A stretch of DNA of 64,000 bases from Nitrospirota bacterium (lineage in GTDB: Bacteria > Nitrospirota > Nitrospiria > 2-01-FULL-66-17), in assembly GCA_049325335.1 (NCBI GenBank), contig JBMOMC010000044.1, positions 64,001 to 128,000 of the forward strand, read 5' to 3'. The notes under the pieces were generated by a model. That model saw only the letters and a list, made by a program, of their open reading frames with translations, was not told where the DNA came from and did not search any database. The translations under genes and the position numbers were made by a program. Of the stretch, positions 28,042-37,482 are shown piece by piece (the stretch's first letter is position 1; each line of letters begins with the position of its first letter).

Positions 28042-30652
28042 CATGTGGCGCGAGTACTACCCTCTGTTAATCCCCGCGGGGCCGGTGGTCGCGGCGCTGC
28101 TGACGGCCCTCCCGTCCCGACTGATCCGCGAGTGGCACTATCGGATCGGGACCTTCGCGCACACGGTGGCGTTCGGCTGCGCCGTGGTGTTGCTCATCCA
28201 GGTGGCGGGGTCTTCGGAGCAAACACCCGTTCGCCTCGATCTGTTCCCCTCGCCGTGGCGGTTTGTCCCATCCTTTACGCTCGCGGTCGACCGCCTGGCC
28301 GCGGTGCTGATGGTGGTGATCTCGGCGATCGGCGCGCTGCTGTATTTCTACTCGATCCGGTACATGCAGCAGGAACGCGGCCGCGCCCGGTACCATGCCC
28401 TGCTCTCCGTCCAGATTGCGGTGCTGCTCGGCATGGTTTCCAGCGCCAATCTGGTCATGTTGTTCGTGTTCTGGCAGCTACTCGGGTGGTTGCTATCCCT
28501 CCTGTCCTACAACTATGCGCATCCACCGACCTCGCAGGGGGCATTCCGAACGTTTATCATGTTGCGGCTTGGGGACATTGTCTTTTTGTCGGGCATCGTC
28601 CTCGCGTTCACCTTGTACGGGACTGTAGATCTCTCGCAGCTCTTTGTCCGGGCCGCGGAGAATCAGTCCACGCTCACCCTGTTCTGGCCCGGAAGCGGGC
28701 TGGACGTCAGCGGCGCGACGGCCGTCACGCTGCTGATCTTTGTAGGGGCCATGAGCAAGTCCGCGCAGATCCCGCTGCACATGTGGCTACCGGATTCGCT
28801 GTACGCCCCCACCACGATCCACGCCCTGCTTCACGCCGGCATCATCAACGCCGGCGGCTTCCTGCTGACGCGTCTCGCCCCGCTCTTCGTCCTCGCGCCC
28901 ACCACGCTTCATGTGACGTTCGCGGTCGGCCTGCTCACCGCGCTGTTGGGCGCGTCCATGATGCTGACGCAGAACGACATCAAGAAGACCCTCGGCTATT
29001 CCACCATCGGACAAATGGGCTACATGATTATGGAATGCGGGCTGGGCGCCTTTTCCCTGGCCGTGTTTCACCTGATCGCCCACGGGCTCTTCAAGGCGAC
29101 GATCTTTCTCAACTGCGGCAACGTCATTCATCTCGCCCGCCGGGAACCACGATCACCGCACAGGCCCGATGCGCGCGGGTTGACCTCGTTCTCGGCGATC
29201 CCCTGGGCGACCGGTTTCATCACGACGCTGGTGCTCCCCCTCGTCATTTTGCTGGCCGCGCATGGAGTGCTCCAGATCCCGTTGCGAATCGGCGAGGGGG
29301 GCGTGATCTTTCTGTTCTTTAGCTGGGTGACGTCCTCGCAGGCGATCCTCACGCTGTATCGTCTGCGAGCGGTCGAGTCGTGGAAGGTCGCGGGCCTCAT
29401 GCTCGTCGCGCTGCTGCTGGTGATGTTCACGTATTTGTTCGCGGCCGAGCGCTTCACGCGCTTTCTGTTTCCGGATCCCGGCGTGGTCACCGCGTATTTT
29501 GAAGCCGCCGCCCTGCCCGGCCCCGTGTTCGACGCGCTCATCGCGGTGACCGCACTCGTGGCCGCCATGGGATGGATTCTGATTTACTCCCGGAGCCACG
29601 GTCGACCGATACCCTTCCCCGCGCGGATCAGCGCACTGCACACCATCGGGTACCTGTTCCTGGTGAACCGGCTGTACCTCGACGGTCTTGCACTGCGATT
29701 GGGACAGGGATTCAGCCGCGCGATCCAGGCGCTCGATCACAACCGCCTGTTTCCACCGGTTGCGGCGCTGCTTGCCGCGGTGCCCGCGATCGCCGTGTCG
29801 GCGGGAACGTTTCCGGATCTCGCGGGCACGCGGATCGCGCTCTGTACACTGACGGCGCTCGCGCTTCCCTTGTTTCCGCTTCACGGCGCGTATGTGCTCG
29901 TCCTGACCCGGTTGCCCGGATTCGCCTCCTCGGCCATGGCGCTCCTGTTGCCGCTGGCCGGTCTATATGGAGCGGCGAGTGTCCTCCCCGAGCTGCCCGC
30001 CAGGGTATTGACGGGGGTGAAAGTGCTGGCATTGTCCGGGGCTGTCTATGGCTCGATTAAAGCGCTCGCGCAGGTTCGGGCGACCGGGTTCATCGCCTAC
30101 GGGGGGGTGGCGCTCTATTCGATTCTCTGGTGGCATGTGGCGGTGGCCGGCCGCGTGATGTCACAGGACGCCATCTTCGCTGGGGCCGCCGCGCTGGTCG
30201 CCGCGGGGCTGTGTCTGGCGTGGCGCGCACTGCAGATACGGTACGGCGATCTCACCATGAACCGGATCGGCGGACTGGCCCGTCCCATGCCGCGGTTCGC
30301 CACCCTGTTGGCCCTGCTGGTCATGGCGGCTGCGGGGTTGCCGCCCTTCGGCCTGTTCTCCGGGTACGTCGCCCTGCTGCTCGATCCATCGAACGAGGTC
30401 GCCCTCGGTAGCTCCGTGGCCATCGGGGTCGTGCTCCTGGTATGGTTCATTGCGTCGTGGTATCTGTTCAAGCTGATGCAGCGTCTCCTATTCGGCCCCC
30501 ATAGGCCGGATCTTCCCTACCAGGATCTTCGCCCTGTAGAAATTGCGCCGCTGGTCGCCGTTCTGCTCATGCTCCTGGCGCTGGGCGTGGCGCCGCATAC
30601 GCTCATCGCTGAAGTCGACACCCTTATGCTGACAGCTTGGAGTCCTCGATGA
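28034..30652 (+). CDS. dabB: DabB/MpsA-like membrane subunit with NuoM-like extension, copy 2 (tandem paralogue)
   Basis: Colinear with copy 1 over its whole length; same motifs. Confidence 0.88.
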   Translation: MSNMWREYYPLLIPAGPVVAALLTALPSRLIREWHYRIGTFAHTVAFGCAVVLLIQVAGSSEQTPVRLDLFPSPWRFVPSFTLAVDRLAAVLMVVISAIGALLYFYSIRYMQQERGRARYHALLSVQIAVLLGMVSSANLVMLFVFWQLLGWLLSLLSYNYAHPPTSQGAFRTFIMLRLGDIVFLSGIVLAFTLYGTVDLSQLFVRAAENQSTLTLFWPGSGLDVSGATAVTLLIFVGAMSKSAQIPLHMWLPDSLYAPTTIHALLHAGIINAGGFLLTRLAPLFVLAPTTLHVTFAVGLLTALLGASMMLTQNDIKKTLGYSTIGQMGYMIMECGLGAFSLAVFHLIAHGLFKATIFLNCGNVIHLARREPRSPHRPDARGLTSFSAIPWATGFITTLVLPLVILLAAHGVLQIPLRIGEGGVIFLFFSWVTSSQAILTLYRLRAVESWKVAGLMLVALLLVMFTYLFAAERFTRFLFPDPGVVTAYFEAAALPGPVFDALIAVTALVAAMGWILIYSRSHGRPIPFPARISALHTIGYLFLVNRLYLDGLALRLGQGFSRAIQALDHNRLFPPVAALLAAVPAIAVSAGTFPDLAGTRIALCTLTALALPLFPLHGAYVLVLTRLPGFASSAMALLLPLAGLYGAASVLPELPARVLTGVKVLALSGAVYGSIKALAQVRATGFIAYGGVALYSILWWHVAVAGRVMSQDAIFAGAAALVAAGLCLAWRALQIRYGDLTMNRIGGLARPMPRFATLLALLVMAAAGLPPFGLFSGYVALLLDPSNEVALGSSVAIGVVLLVWFIASWYLFKLMQRLLFGPHRPDLPYQDLRPVEIAPLVAVLLMLLALGVAPHTLIAEVDTLMLTAWSPR

Positions 30653-33600
30653 ACCCATTGGAAGTGGAAGCGCGCCCGCGCTATCAGGAGACCCAACGGA
30701 CCGAACTACGCACGCTGGTCCGGATCGCGAGCGAGATGGTCGCGCAGTACTGGCCCATGCGGACCTTCGTGCACCACAATCCGTTGCACGGGCTCGAGGA
30801 ACTTCACTTCGAGGAAGCCGCGCGGCGCGCGCGCCAGGCGCTCGGTGGAATGACCTATCTGCCGAACGAGGTGTTTCGCGACTATGTGCGCACGGGGCGC
30901 ATTCGGTCAGATGAGATCGATGACGCCCTCAAACCATTGGCCCAGGATCACCAGGTTGCCCTGGGCGATCGCAAGCTGACGCATCTGGACGTGCTGCGTG
31001 CCCATCTGCTGCACGGCATGTCCGCCCCTCCGGACGACGTCCTGGATGCCATGATCGAACGGCGGAAAGATCGCCGTGCGATCCTCGCGCTCGCGGACCG
31101 CCTGGGCCGCGAAGCCCCACGGGCGATCGAAGAGGCTCGCGCCCAAGCGGAGCTGGCCGCGATCGGCAGATCGATCACGCTGGCCGCCTGGTGCGATCGC
31201 GCGTTGGGCACGCAGGTGACCGAACAGATCAACCGGGAAATGATCAAGTGGTGCGAGGCGTTCCTCGACGAGGAGCACGCCGCCTGGTCCATGCCGGGAC
31301 GAGACATGGGGTTCTACTCCGCGTGGAAGTGGCTCGCGAGCCTGGAGTGGTCCCCCTGCGGTATCGCGCGAAGCCGCCGGAAGCTGGCCGACCTCCCGGA
31401 CAATGCGGAAGAGGCCTTGCTTGATCACTTGGCGGTCCTGGGCGTTTCGCCGGACGCGTGGCAGGACTATCTCGCGTCCCACTTCGTGGCTATGCCTGGC
31501 TGGCCAGGCTTTATCAAATGGCGTGCGGATCAGACCGACTATGAATGGCAGCAGGCCTATCCGATCGACCTGATCCAATACCTGGCGGTGCGCGTGTGGT
31601 ACGAGCGAGAGCTGGTCCAGCAGGTCTGCCGGCGGGAACTGGGTGGCGACGGGACGGTGGAGGCCATCCGCGCCGCGGCGACATCAAAGGCCGCCCGCGC
31701 CGCCGAGAGTCCTGACACCCTTCGGCGCACCGCGGCGTGGCGCCTGCTGGCCCTGGCCCATGCGTTGGACGTGGCACCTCCGGCGCTCATGGACACGGAG
31801 CCAGCGATCCTCCAGACGCTGGTGGACTGGCTGGATGCCTTTCCGGAAGCGGCGCACGGACCGGTGTGGCTGCGAGCGTTCGAGGCCGGCTATCGGGACC
31901 GGCTCTTGGAGCAGCTCAGGCCGCAAGTGGTCCAGTCTCCCAAGGCGACTGCGGTTCGCCCGCAAGCGCAGGCGGTCTTTTGCATCGATGTGCGCTCGGA
32001 ACCGTTCCGGCGGCACTTGGAAGCGGTGGGCGACTTTGGCACATTCGGTTTCGCCGGATTCTTTATTGTCTTCATCCGCTATCAGACCATGGGCGGCCAC
32101 CATGAAACCGATCAGTTTCCGGTGATCATGAAGGCCAAGAACTCGGTGCGCGAAGTACCCCGCATCTATCAGAGTCAATTGCTGTCCCGGCACCGAACCG
32201 GGACCAAGCTGGTTCACACCGCTCACACGCTCCTGCATGATCTCAAGGAAAACGTCGTCACCCCGTACGTGATGGTGGAATCGCTCGGCTGGTTCTACAG
32301 CCTGCCGCTGATCGGCAAGACCGTACTCGCCACGTGGTACCAGCGAGCGGCCGCACGGCTGCGCCGGGTGCTGGTACCGCACATTTCTACCGCGATGACC
32401 GTGGACAAGCTGTCTCGGGAAGAAGTGACCGAGATGCTGGCGGCCGAGCAGCGAGGGGTGATCCGCCGTGCGCTGCAGGAGCGATTCGGCGATCGTGACC
32501 TGAATCTGTCGCTCGAGCGGCTCGAATACCTGCGCAAACGCGCGTTGGAGGAACCCTCCGACGATCAGCACCCGCCCAAAGGGGCGCTGACCACCGACGA
32601 GGAGACGGCCTTCATCGACGTCTTACGCGAACAGTATCGAATCAACCAAGGCGGCGCCTTTTCGCGCATGGAGCGCATTACGCGCATGGGGTTCACGCCA
32701 TCCGAGCAAGCCTTCACCGTGGAGACGGCGCTCCGCATGATGGGCCTGACCGAGAACTTCGCCAGGCTCGTCCTCTTCTGCGGCCACCGGAGCACGTCGG
32801 ACAACAATCCCTTCGAGGCGGCGCTGGATTGCGGGGCCTGCGGCGGCAATACCGGCAAGCCGAACGCCCGCGTCGTGGCCGCCATGGCCAACAAGGCGCA
32901 GGTGCGTCATGCGCTGGCGAAGAACGGCCTCATCATTCCGCAGGACACCTATTTCATCGCCGGCCAGCACGACACCACCACCGATACGGTCGAATTGTTC
33001 GATCTGGAAGACATCCCGCATACCCATATGAGCGACCTCGATCGCTTGCTTCGCGGGCTGGAGAAGGCGGGCCGGCGGACGAGTCGCGAACGATGCGGTC
33101 GATTCCCCGAGTTGCCGCCGGATCTCTCCCTGTCGAAAGCCGTGCGGGAGACCAGCCGGCGGAGCGGCGATTGGAGCCAGGTCAGGCCGGAGTGGGGGCT
33201 CTCGGGCAATGCCGCCTTCGTGATCGGGCGACGAGAGTTGACCCACGGCGTGGACCTCGCCGGTCGGGCCTTTCTCCATTCGTACGATTACCGCGGGGAC
33301 GCCAACGGTCGCCTGCTGGAAATCGTGATGACCGGCCCGCAGGTGGTCGGTCAGTGGATCAATATGGAGCACTACTTCTCGACGGTGGACCCGGAAGTCT
33401 TCGGCGCGGGCAGCAAGATCTACCACAACGTGGTGGGACGCTTCGGTGTCATGTCCGGACCTCAGAGCGATCTGCGCACGGGGTTGGCCTGGCAGACCGT
33501 CATGGACGGACCGCGACCGTATCACGAGGCCATGCGGCTGCTCACGCTGATCGAGGCGCCCCGCAATCTGATCCTGCAGATCGTGCAGCGCCATCGCGTG

Positions 33601-33735
33601 CTGCGCAATCTGTACGACAACGAGTGGGTCCGCCTGGTGGCCCTTGACCCGGAAGAGGGAAGTTTCTTTTACTATCTACCCAAGCAGGGATGGACGCCCG
33701 TTTCCGACGGTCGGCATTCCGACACCACGTTGTGA
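30649..33735 (+). CDS. dabA: DabA/MpsB (DUF2309/UPF0753) carbonic-anhydrase-like subunit of inorganic carbon pump
   Basis: WPM.TFVHHNPL, FCIDVRSE, FGFAGFF, GH, LDCGACGG, RPEWGL, FLHSYD; ATGA overlap with dabB copy 2. Confidence 0.95.
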   Translation: MNPLEVEARPRYQETQRTELRTLVRIASEMVAQYWPMRTFVHHNPLHGLEELHFEEAARRARQALGGMTYLPNEVFRDYVRTGRIRSDEIDDALKPLAQDHQVALGDRKLTHLDVLRAHLLHGMSAPPDDVLDAMIERRKDRRAILALADRLGREAPRAIEEARAQAELAAIGRSITLAAWCDRALGTQVTEQINREMIKWCEAFLDEEHAAWSMPGRDMGFYSAWKWLASLEWSPCGIARSRRKLADLPDNAEEALLDHLAVLGVSPDAWQDYLASHFVAMPGWPGFIKWRADQTDYEWQQAYPIDLIQYLAVRVWYERELVQQVCRRELGGDGTVEAIRAAATSKAARAAESPDTLRRTAAWRLLALAHALDVAPPALMDTEPAILQTLVDWLDAFPEAAHGPVWLRAFEAGYRDRLLEQLRPQVVQSPKATAVRPQAQAVFCIDVRSEPFRRHLEAVGDFGTFGFAGFFIVFIRYQTMGGHHETDQFPVIMKAKNSVREVPRIYQSQLLSRHRTGTKLVHTAHTLLHDLKENVVTPYVMVESLGWFYSLPLIGKTVLATWYQRAAARLRRVLVPHISTAMTVDKLSREEVTEMLAAEQRGVIRRALQERFGDRDLNLSLERLEYLRKRALEEPSDDQHPPKGALTTDEETAFIDVLREQYRINQGGAFSRMERITRMGFTPSEQAFTVETALRMMGLTENFARLVLFCGHRSTSDNNPFEAALDCGACGGNTGKPNARVVAAMANKAQVRHALAKNGLIIPQDTYFIAGQHDTTTDTVELFDLEDIPHTHMSDLDRLLRGLEKAGRRTSRERCGRFPELPPDLSLSKAVRETSRRSGDWSQVRPEWGLSGNAAFVIGRRELTHGVDLAGRAFLHSYDYRGDANGRLLEIVMTGPQVVGQWINMEHYFSTVDPEVFGAGSKIYHNVVGRFGVMSGPQSDLRTGLAWQTVMDGPRPYHEAMRLLTLIEAPRNLILQIVQRHRVLRNLYDNEWVRLVALDPEEGSFFYYLPKQGWTPVSDGRHSDTTL

Positions 33736-33751
33736 CGAGGAGGAACATAGC

Positions 33752-34093
33752 ATGACCGGTCTCTCGCTTCACCCGATGAAAGAAATCCGGATCATCATCC
33801 AGGGCGAACACATCAAACTCGCCACCGACCTGTTGGACGGCATCAAGGCCACCGGCTACACGATCTTCCACAATATCTCGGGCAAGGGGCATCACGGGTT
33901 TCACACCGCCCATCCGATGTTCAACGAAATGGACAGCCTGGTGATGCTCTCGACCGTGGTCCCGCAAGAGAAGGTGGAGCCGATCCTCGCCGGGCTGAAG
34001 CCGCTCTTCGAACGCTACACCGGCGTGATGTTCGTGTCCGACGTGGCCGTGAGCCGGGCCGAATACTTTTCCGCGGCCACCGGCCGGAAGTAA
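33752..34093 (+). CDS. PII-like (SbtB/DUF190-type) signalling protein
   Basis: LHPMKEIRIII.GE, GYTI..N.SGKG.HG, GVMFVSDV.V.R; GGAGGA RBS. Confidence 0.85.
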   Translation: MTGLSLHPMKEIRIIIQGEHIKLATDLLDGIKATGYTIFHNISGKGHHGFHTAHPMFNEMDSLVMLSTVVPQEKVEPILAGLKPLFERYTGVMFVSDVAVSRAEYFSAATGRK

Positions 34094-34158
34094 CCGGTCC
34101 TGTCGAGACGATAGTATAGGGCTTGCGCGTTATCCACACCAATTCTTTGACGCCTTTC

Positions 34159-34187
34159 TTGCGTCGCTGGTGTGTATTCAATACACT
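34159..34187 (+). promoter_or_regulatory. Promoter TTGCGT-N17-TACACT with overlapping palindrome GTGTATT-C-AATACAC
   Basis: Perfect 7-1-7 inverted repeat at 34172-34186 over the -10 box. Confidence 0.55.
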
Positions 34188-34194
34188 GGGTCGC

Positions 34195-35157
34195 ATGGGC
34201 CCCATCGCCCGCCTCATCCTACTGGTCGTCTCCATCATGCCCGCGTGCACCGCTCCCCCATCGCCCGAGACCATCTTCGGCGTCGACCAACGCGAACTCG
34301 ACGCCCTGAAACTGTCCTATTACTCGGACTATGTGTCGTTTATCGGCCGCGATAAACAAGGCATCGTGGCGTTCGCCATCGATACCAATCGGGGACGAGA
34401 TCAGGACACCTGGCAAGCGGATCACTTCGCGGTCTTGTACGACGAACAGACCGGCTGGCAGCGGATGAACGGCAACGGGCCCTATGCCAACGATGCGCAC
34501 CAACTCAAGACGATTCCCGACTCCCCGTACTTTGCCTATCGCGGCTCGCCCCAGGCATGGTGGCACATCCGGAGCGCGGTCAACTCACTGGATCTTCACG
34601 CCGAACCCGTTCAGTTTCATATCAACCGTCAGCAAGGACTGGCCGAATACCGGGTGGGGTCGTCAGGCGCCGCGCTCACGTTGGGCAACCGCGTCATCGA
34701 GGGCCGGATCATCTACGAGCATCTGTTTCTCCCCGGCTACAACCGCCTCTCGCGGCGCTACGTGGGAGACTTGGAGGACTTTCACGGTCTGTATTTGTCC
34801 GTGGACAACGGCGCGGGTGACTTGTACCTGCATCGCCAATCCGGTCAGGGATTCGCGCCGTTGATCGACGCAACCGACGGGTTCCTCGCGCTCGCCAACG
34901 CCCGCAGTCCGCTGAACGCGCTCACGCTCGACCTCTCCGCCACGCGCCCCGCCATCGGGTTCTACCGCTGGCCCGCAGCGTGGCAAGGCACGTTCTCGTC
35001 CGGACCGCCCGCCTACTCGTTTCGCCTCGAATTATCCGAGCGCCATCAAGTGGCCAACTGGCTGGTCGGCGGATTCGCCATGGGCCTCGTGCGCGGCACC
35101 CTCGACACTCCCGACGGGCCGAAGCCGCTCATCGGCCTCGGCGAACTGATTATCTAA
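34195..35157 (+). CDS. Hypothetical lipoprotein (beta-rich)
   Basis: Signal peptide with lipobox-like MPAC; long clean ORF. Confidence 0.7.
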   Translation: MGPIARLILLVVSIMPACTAPPSPETIFGVDQRELDALKLSYYSDYVSFIGRDKQGIVAFAIDTNRGRDQDTWQADHFAVLYDEQTGWQRMNGNGPYANDAHQLKTIPDSPYFAYRGSPQAWWHIRSAVNSLDLHAEPVQFHINRQQGLAEYRVGSSGAALTLGNRVIEGRIIYEHLFLPGYNRLSRRYVGDLEDFHGLYLSVDNGAGDLYLHRQSGQGFAPLIDATDGFLALANARSPLNALTLDLSATRPAIGFYRWPAAWQGTFSSGPPAYSFRLELSERHQVANWLVGGFAMGLVRGTLDTPDGPKPLIGLGELII

Positions 35158-35185
35158 TCATCCGGGACTATCAGTCGCGATTCTG

Positions 35186-35213
35186 GTAGGGGCACGGCAT
35201 GCCGGGTCCCTAC
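35186..35213. repeat. GTAG-type REP palindrome
   Basis: GTAGGGGCACGGCATGCCGGGTCCCTAC. Confidence 0.7.
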
Positions 35214-35300
35214 CCAACGCCCAAGCCACTGCCCAGACGTGGACTTGCGGCAATGGAGAAAATAAATCTGAGGTAGCCCCGCCCGCCAGATCAGCCCAAA

Positions 35301-35534
35301 CTACACTGCGATTTCTCGACGGCGGGCGTGGGCAATGTCCCGAGGCGTAACCGCGCGCACGTGGGAGGCGCGAACCGTGGCCACCGCAACGGTATGGCCA
35401 TCCAAAGCGACGAATTCTACCTCGAACGCTTCGCCATCGCGGTGAACGTGTACCACCGTTCCCACGTCACCGGCTTTGAGACCTTCGTCTGGGAGGTCGT
35501 TGGTTAGAACGATTCGATCATGTTCTTTAATCAT
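35301..35534 (-). CDS. DUF4926 domain protein (putative antitoxin/immunity)
   Basis: MIKEHDRIVLT.DLP..GL.AGDVGTVVHV....AFEVEF. Confidence 0.85.
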   Translation of the reverse strand: MIKEHDRIVLTNDLPDEGLKAGDVGTVVHVHRDGEAFEVEFVALDGHTVAVATVRASHVRAVTPRDIAHARRREIAV

Positions 35535-35874
35535 GTTCGTCCTCGCAGGGGTACGCCGTGATCAAACGGGGCCGGGTGCCGTCCTTCTCAATGATCCAGA
35601 CGCTTCGAATTCGAGGATTTCGGCTGTCTGGCGTGTCGAGTCAGCCTTCCACAATATATCGCGTTCCGTAGTCAGATTCCACGAATTTCACGACCGCGCC
35701 CGCCTGCCCATGTTGTTTCAAGGCCTCGGCCAATGGCGCCCATTCTCCAACCACGAAGCCAAATCGCGCGAAAAACCGTGCTTTAGCGGCTCCGTCTGGG
35801 TGATTCGGAGAGAGCAGATGGTCGGTAATCTTCTCCCGGTCGACTTGGACGCCTTTCCCATTCGGTAACCTCAT
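35527..35874 (-). pseudogene. DUF6883-like putative toxin interrupted by in-frame TGA at 35641-35643
   Basis: KI..HLL...HPDG..KARFF; frame continues after the stop as LDTPDSRNPRIRSVWII...PRLITAYP. Confidence 0.75.
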
Positions 35875-35967
35875 GCGCTCGCGCTTTGTCCTGGACGTTC
35901 CGCGATTCCGAGAACACGACCGTCAGGCCAGCCAACCAGGCGCGAGATTTTCTCGCCCCTCATCAGA

Positions 35968-36792
35968 TCATTTCCCCTTCAGCGTGCTGATATCGATGAA
36001 CGGCGTGGCCCCGCCAGAGACCTGCGGCAGTTTGCCGTCCCATTTATCGATCGCGCGCAGTTGCAGCATGATGGGCGTGAGGGTTTCGCGCTGGAGGCGC
36101 TGGGCTTCGGCCTCGGCCCGGGCTTGGGTGATGCGCTGGTCGGCTTCGATCTTGATGCGGTCTAAATCGCGTTTGGCTTTGAGCGCGGATTGTTCCGCGG
36201 TTTGTTTGGCCTCGATCGCGGAGTTGAACTCGTGCGAGAAGTCGAAGTTCACGATCGAAAACTCATCCACCAGGATGTTGAACTGTGTCAACCGCTCGGA
36301 CAAGCTCGCCTTCACCGCGTCTTTGACCTCGGACCGCCGCGTGATCAGCTCTTCGGCGGTAAAATGCGCGGTTACGGATTTGACCGCTTCCTGCACCGCG
36401 GGGTCGATCACGCGTTCTTTAAAACTAAGCCCGATCTCTTGGTACACCTTGTGCGCGCGGCTGGGATCGATGTGAAAATTCACCGCGATCGTGGACGAGA
36501 CGTTCTGTAAGTCTTTGGACGCGGCGCGCGCGTCGGTTTGCGACTTCTGAACCTTCACGTCGATCGTGATGATCTCCTCGAAAAACGGCAGTTTAAAGTG
36601 CAGGCCCTCCCCGAGTTGCACGTCTTTGATCCCGGACAGTTTGCTGAACAACACCCCGCGCTCGCCGGGCCCCACCACTTTAAAGGACGAGGCCGCCACT
36701 ATCAGCACGCCGATTACGATGGCGATCGTGGTGAGTTGTTTGGTGAAACCGGAGAAATCCGGTCGCTGCTTCATATCAAATACATCTGCCAT
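35968..36792 (-). CDS. Prohibitin/SPFH (band 7) family protein
   Basis: GERGVLF, GEGLHFK.P, SKDLQ, FS.EF..AIE.KQ, KWDG.LP. Confidence 0.92.
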   Translation of the reverse strand: MADVFDMKQRPDFSGFTKQLTTIAIVIGVLIVAASSFKVVGPGERGVLFSKLSGIKDVQLGEGLHFKLPFFEEIITIDVKVQKSQTDARAASKDLQNVSSTIAVNFHIDPSRAHKVYQEIGLSFKERVIDPAVQEAVKSVTAHFTAEELITRRSEVKDAVKASLSERLTQFNILVDEFSIVNFDFSHEFNSAIEAKQTAEQSALKAKRDLDRIKIEADQRITQARAEAEAQRLQRETLTPIMLQLRAIDKWDGKLPQVSGGATPFIDISTLKGK

Positions 36793-36956
36793 CGTTGGCC
36801 TCCTGGGTCGATGAAATGGAACGGCTCCGTGCAGCGGACCGCATTCTACTCCGTCTCGACCCGTGGATGTAAAGCGCTGATCGCCGGCGCGATCCGCTTG
36901 CCAAGTCGGGAATGCCCGACTAGGCTTAGTTCGTCGATGTTGCGGGGGGAACCGTC

Positions 36957-37373
36957 ATGAAGTTTCTGAGCACTGCGATCATCACGTTCGGCATCGTGTT
37001 CAACACCAGCCTTGGAATCGCCGGGTCCACGCCGGCCTCCAACGCCATGACCTTGGGAGTCCCGTCCTATCCGGGCTGGACCGTTCACCGGCTCGACGAC
37101 AAAGTGGACTCATCGGGCAAGACGCACCTCTATCAATACCAGTACTATTCCAACGACCGGGCGCCGCAGATCGTGAGCTTTTACGAAGAGCGGCTCAACA
37201 CCAAGGCCGCGTTCATGGAACCCACGGCCACGTACACCGTGAACACGCCGGACGGCGCCATGGTCCAGATCACCGCGCCCGCGGACGGGGTGGCCCAGAC
37301 CGATGACGCAGGCAACCCGACGGGCAAGACGTGGGCCGCGCTGATTACGATCATTCGGTTTCAGGGCCAATAA
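36957..37373 (+). CDS. Hypothetical exported protein
   Basis: Signal peptide, GVP.YPG motif; promoter TTGCCA-N17-TAGGCT upstream. Confidence 0.7.
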   Translation: MKFLSTAIITFGIVFNTSLGIAGSTPASNAMTLGVPSYPGWTVHRLDDKVDSSGKTHLYQYQYYSNDRAPQIVSFYEERLNTKAAFMEPTATYTVNTPDGAMVQITAPADGVAQTDDAGNPTGKTWAALITIIRFQGQ

Positions 37374-37399
37374 CGCTGATTCGCTGGAGAATCTCCCCT

Positions 37400-37431
37400 G
37401 CCCCCCTTGTCAACACGGGGGCTATTTTTTT
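37400..37431 (+). terminator. Intrinsic terminator
   Basis: GCCCCC/GGGGGC stem followed by TATTTTTTT. Confidence 0.55.
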
Positions 37432-37482
37432 GTGGGCGGTACTGGCCTTTTCAGTCGGCTTTTGATATCAGTACACGCCGCG

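Noticed and set aside
35641..35643. Selenocysteine or programmed readthrough at the DUF6883 TGA
   Set aside because: Position is not a Cys-type site and no convincing SECIS hairpin follows; a nonsense mutation is simpler
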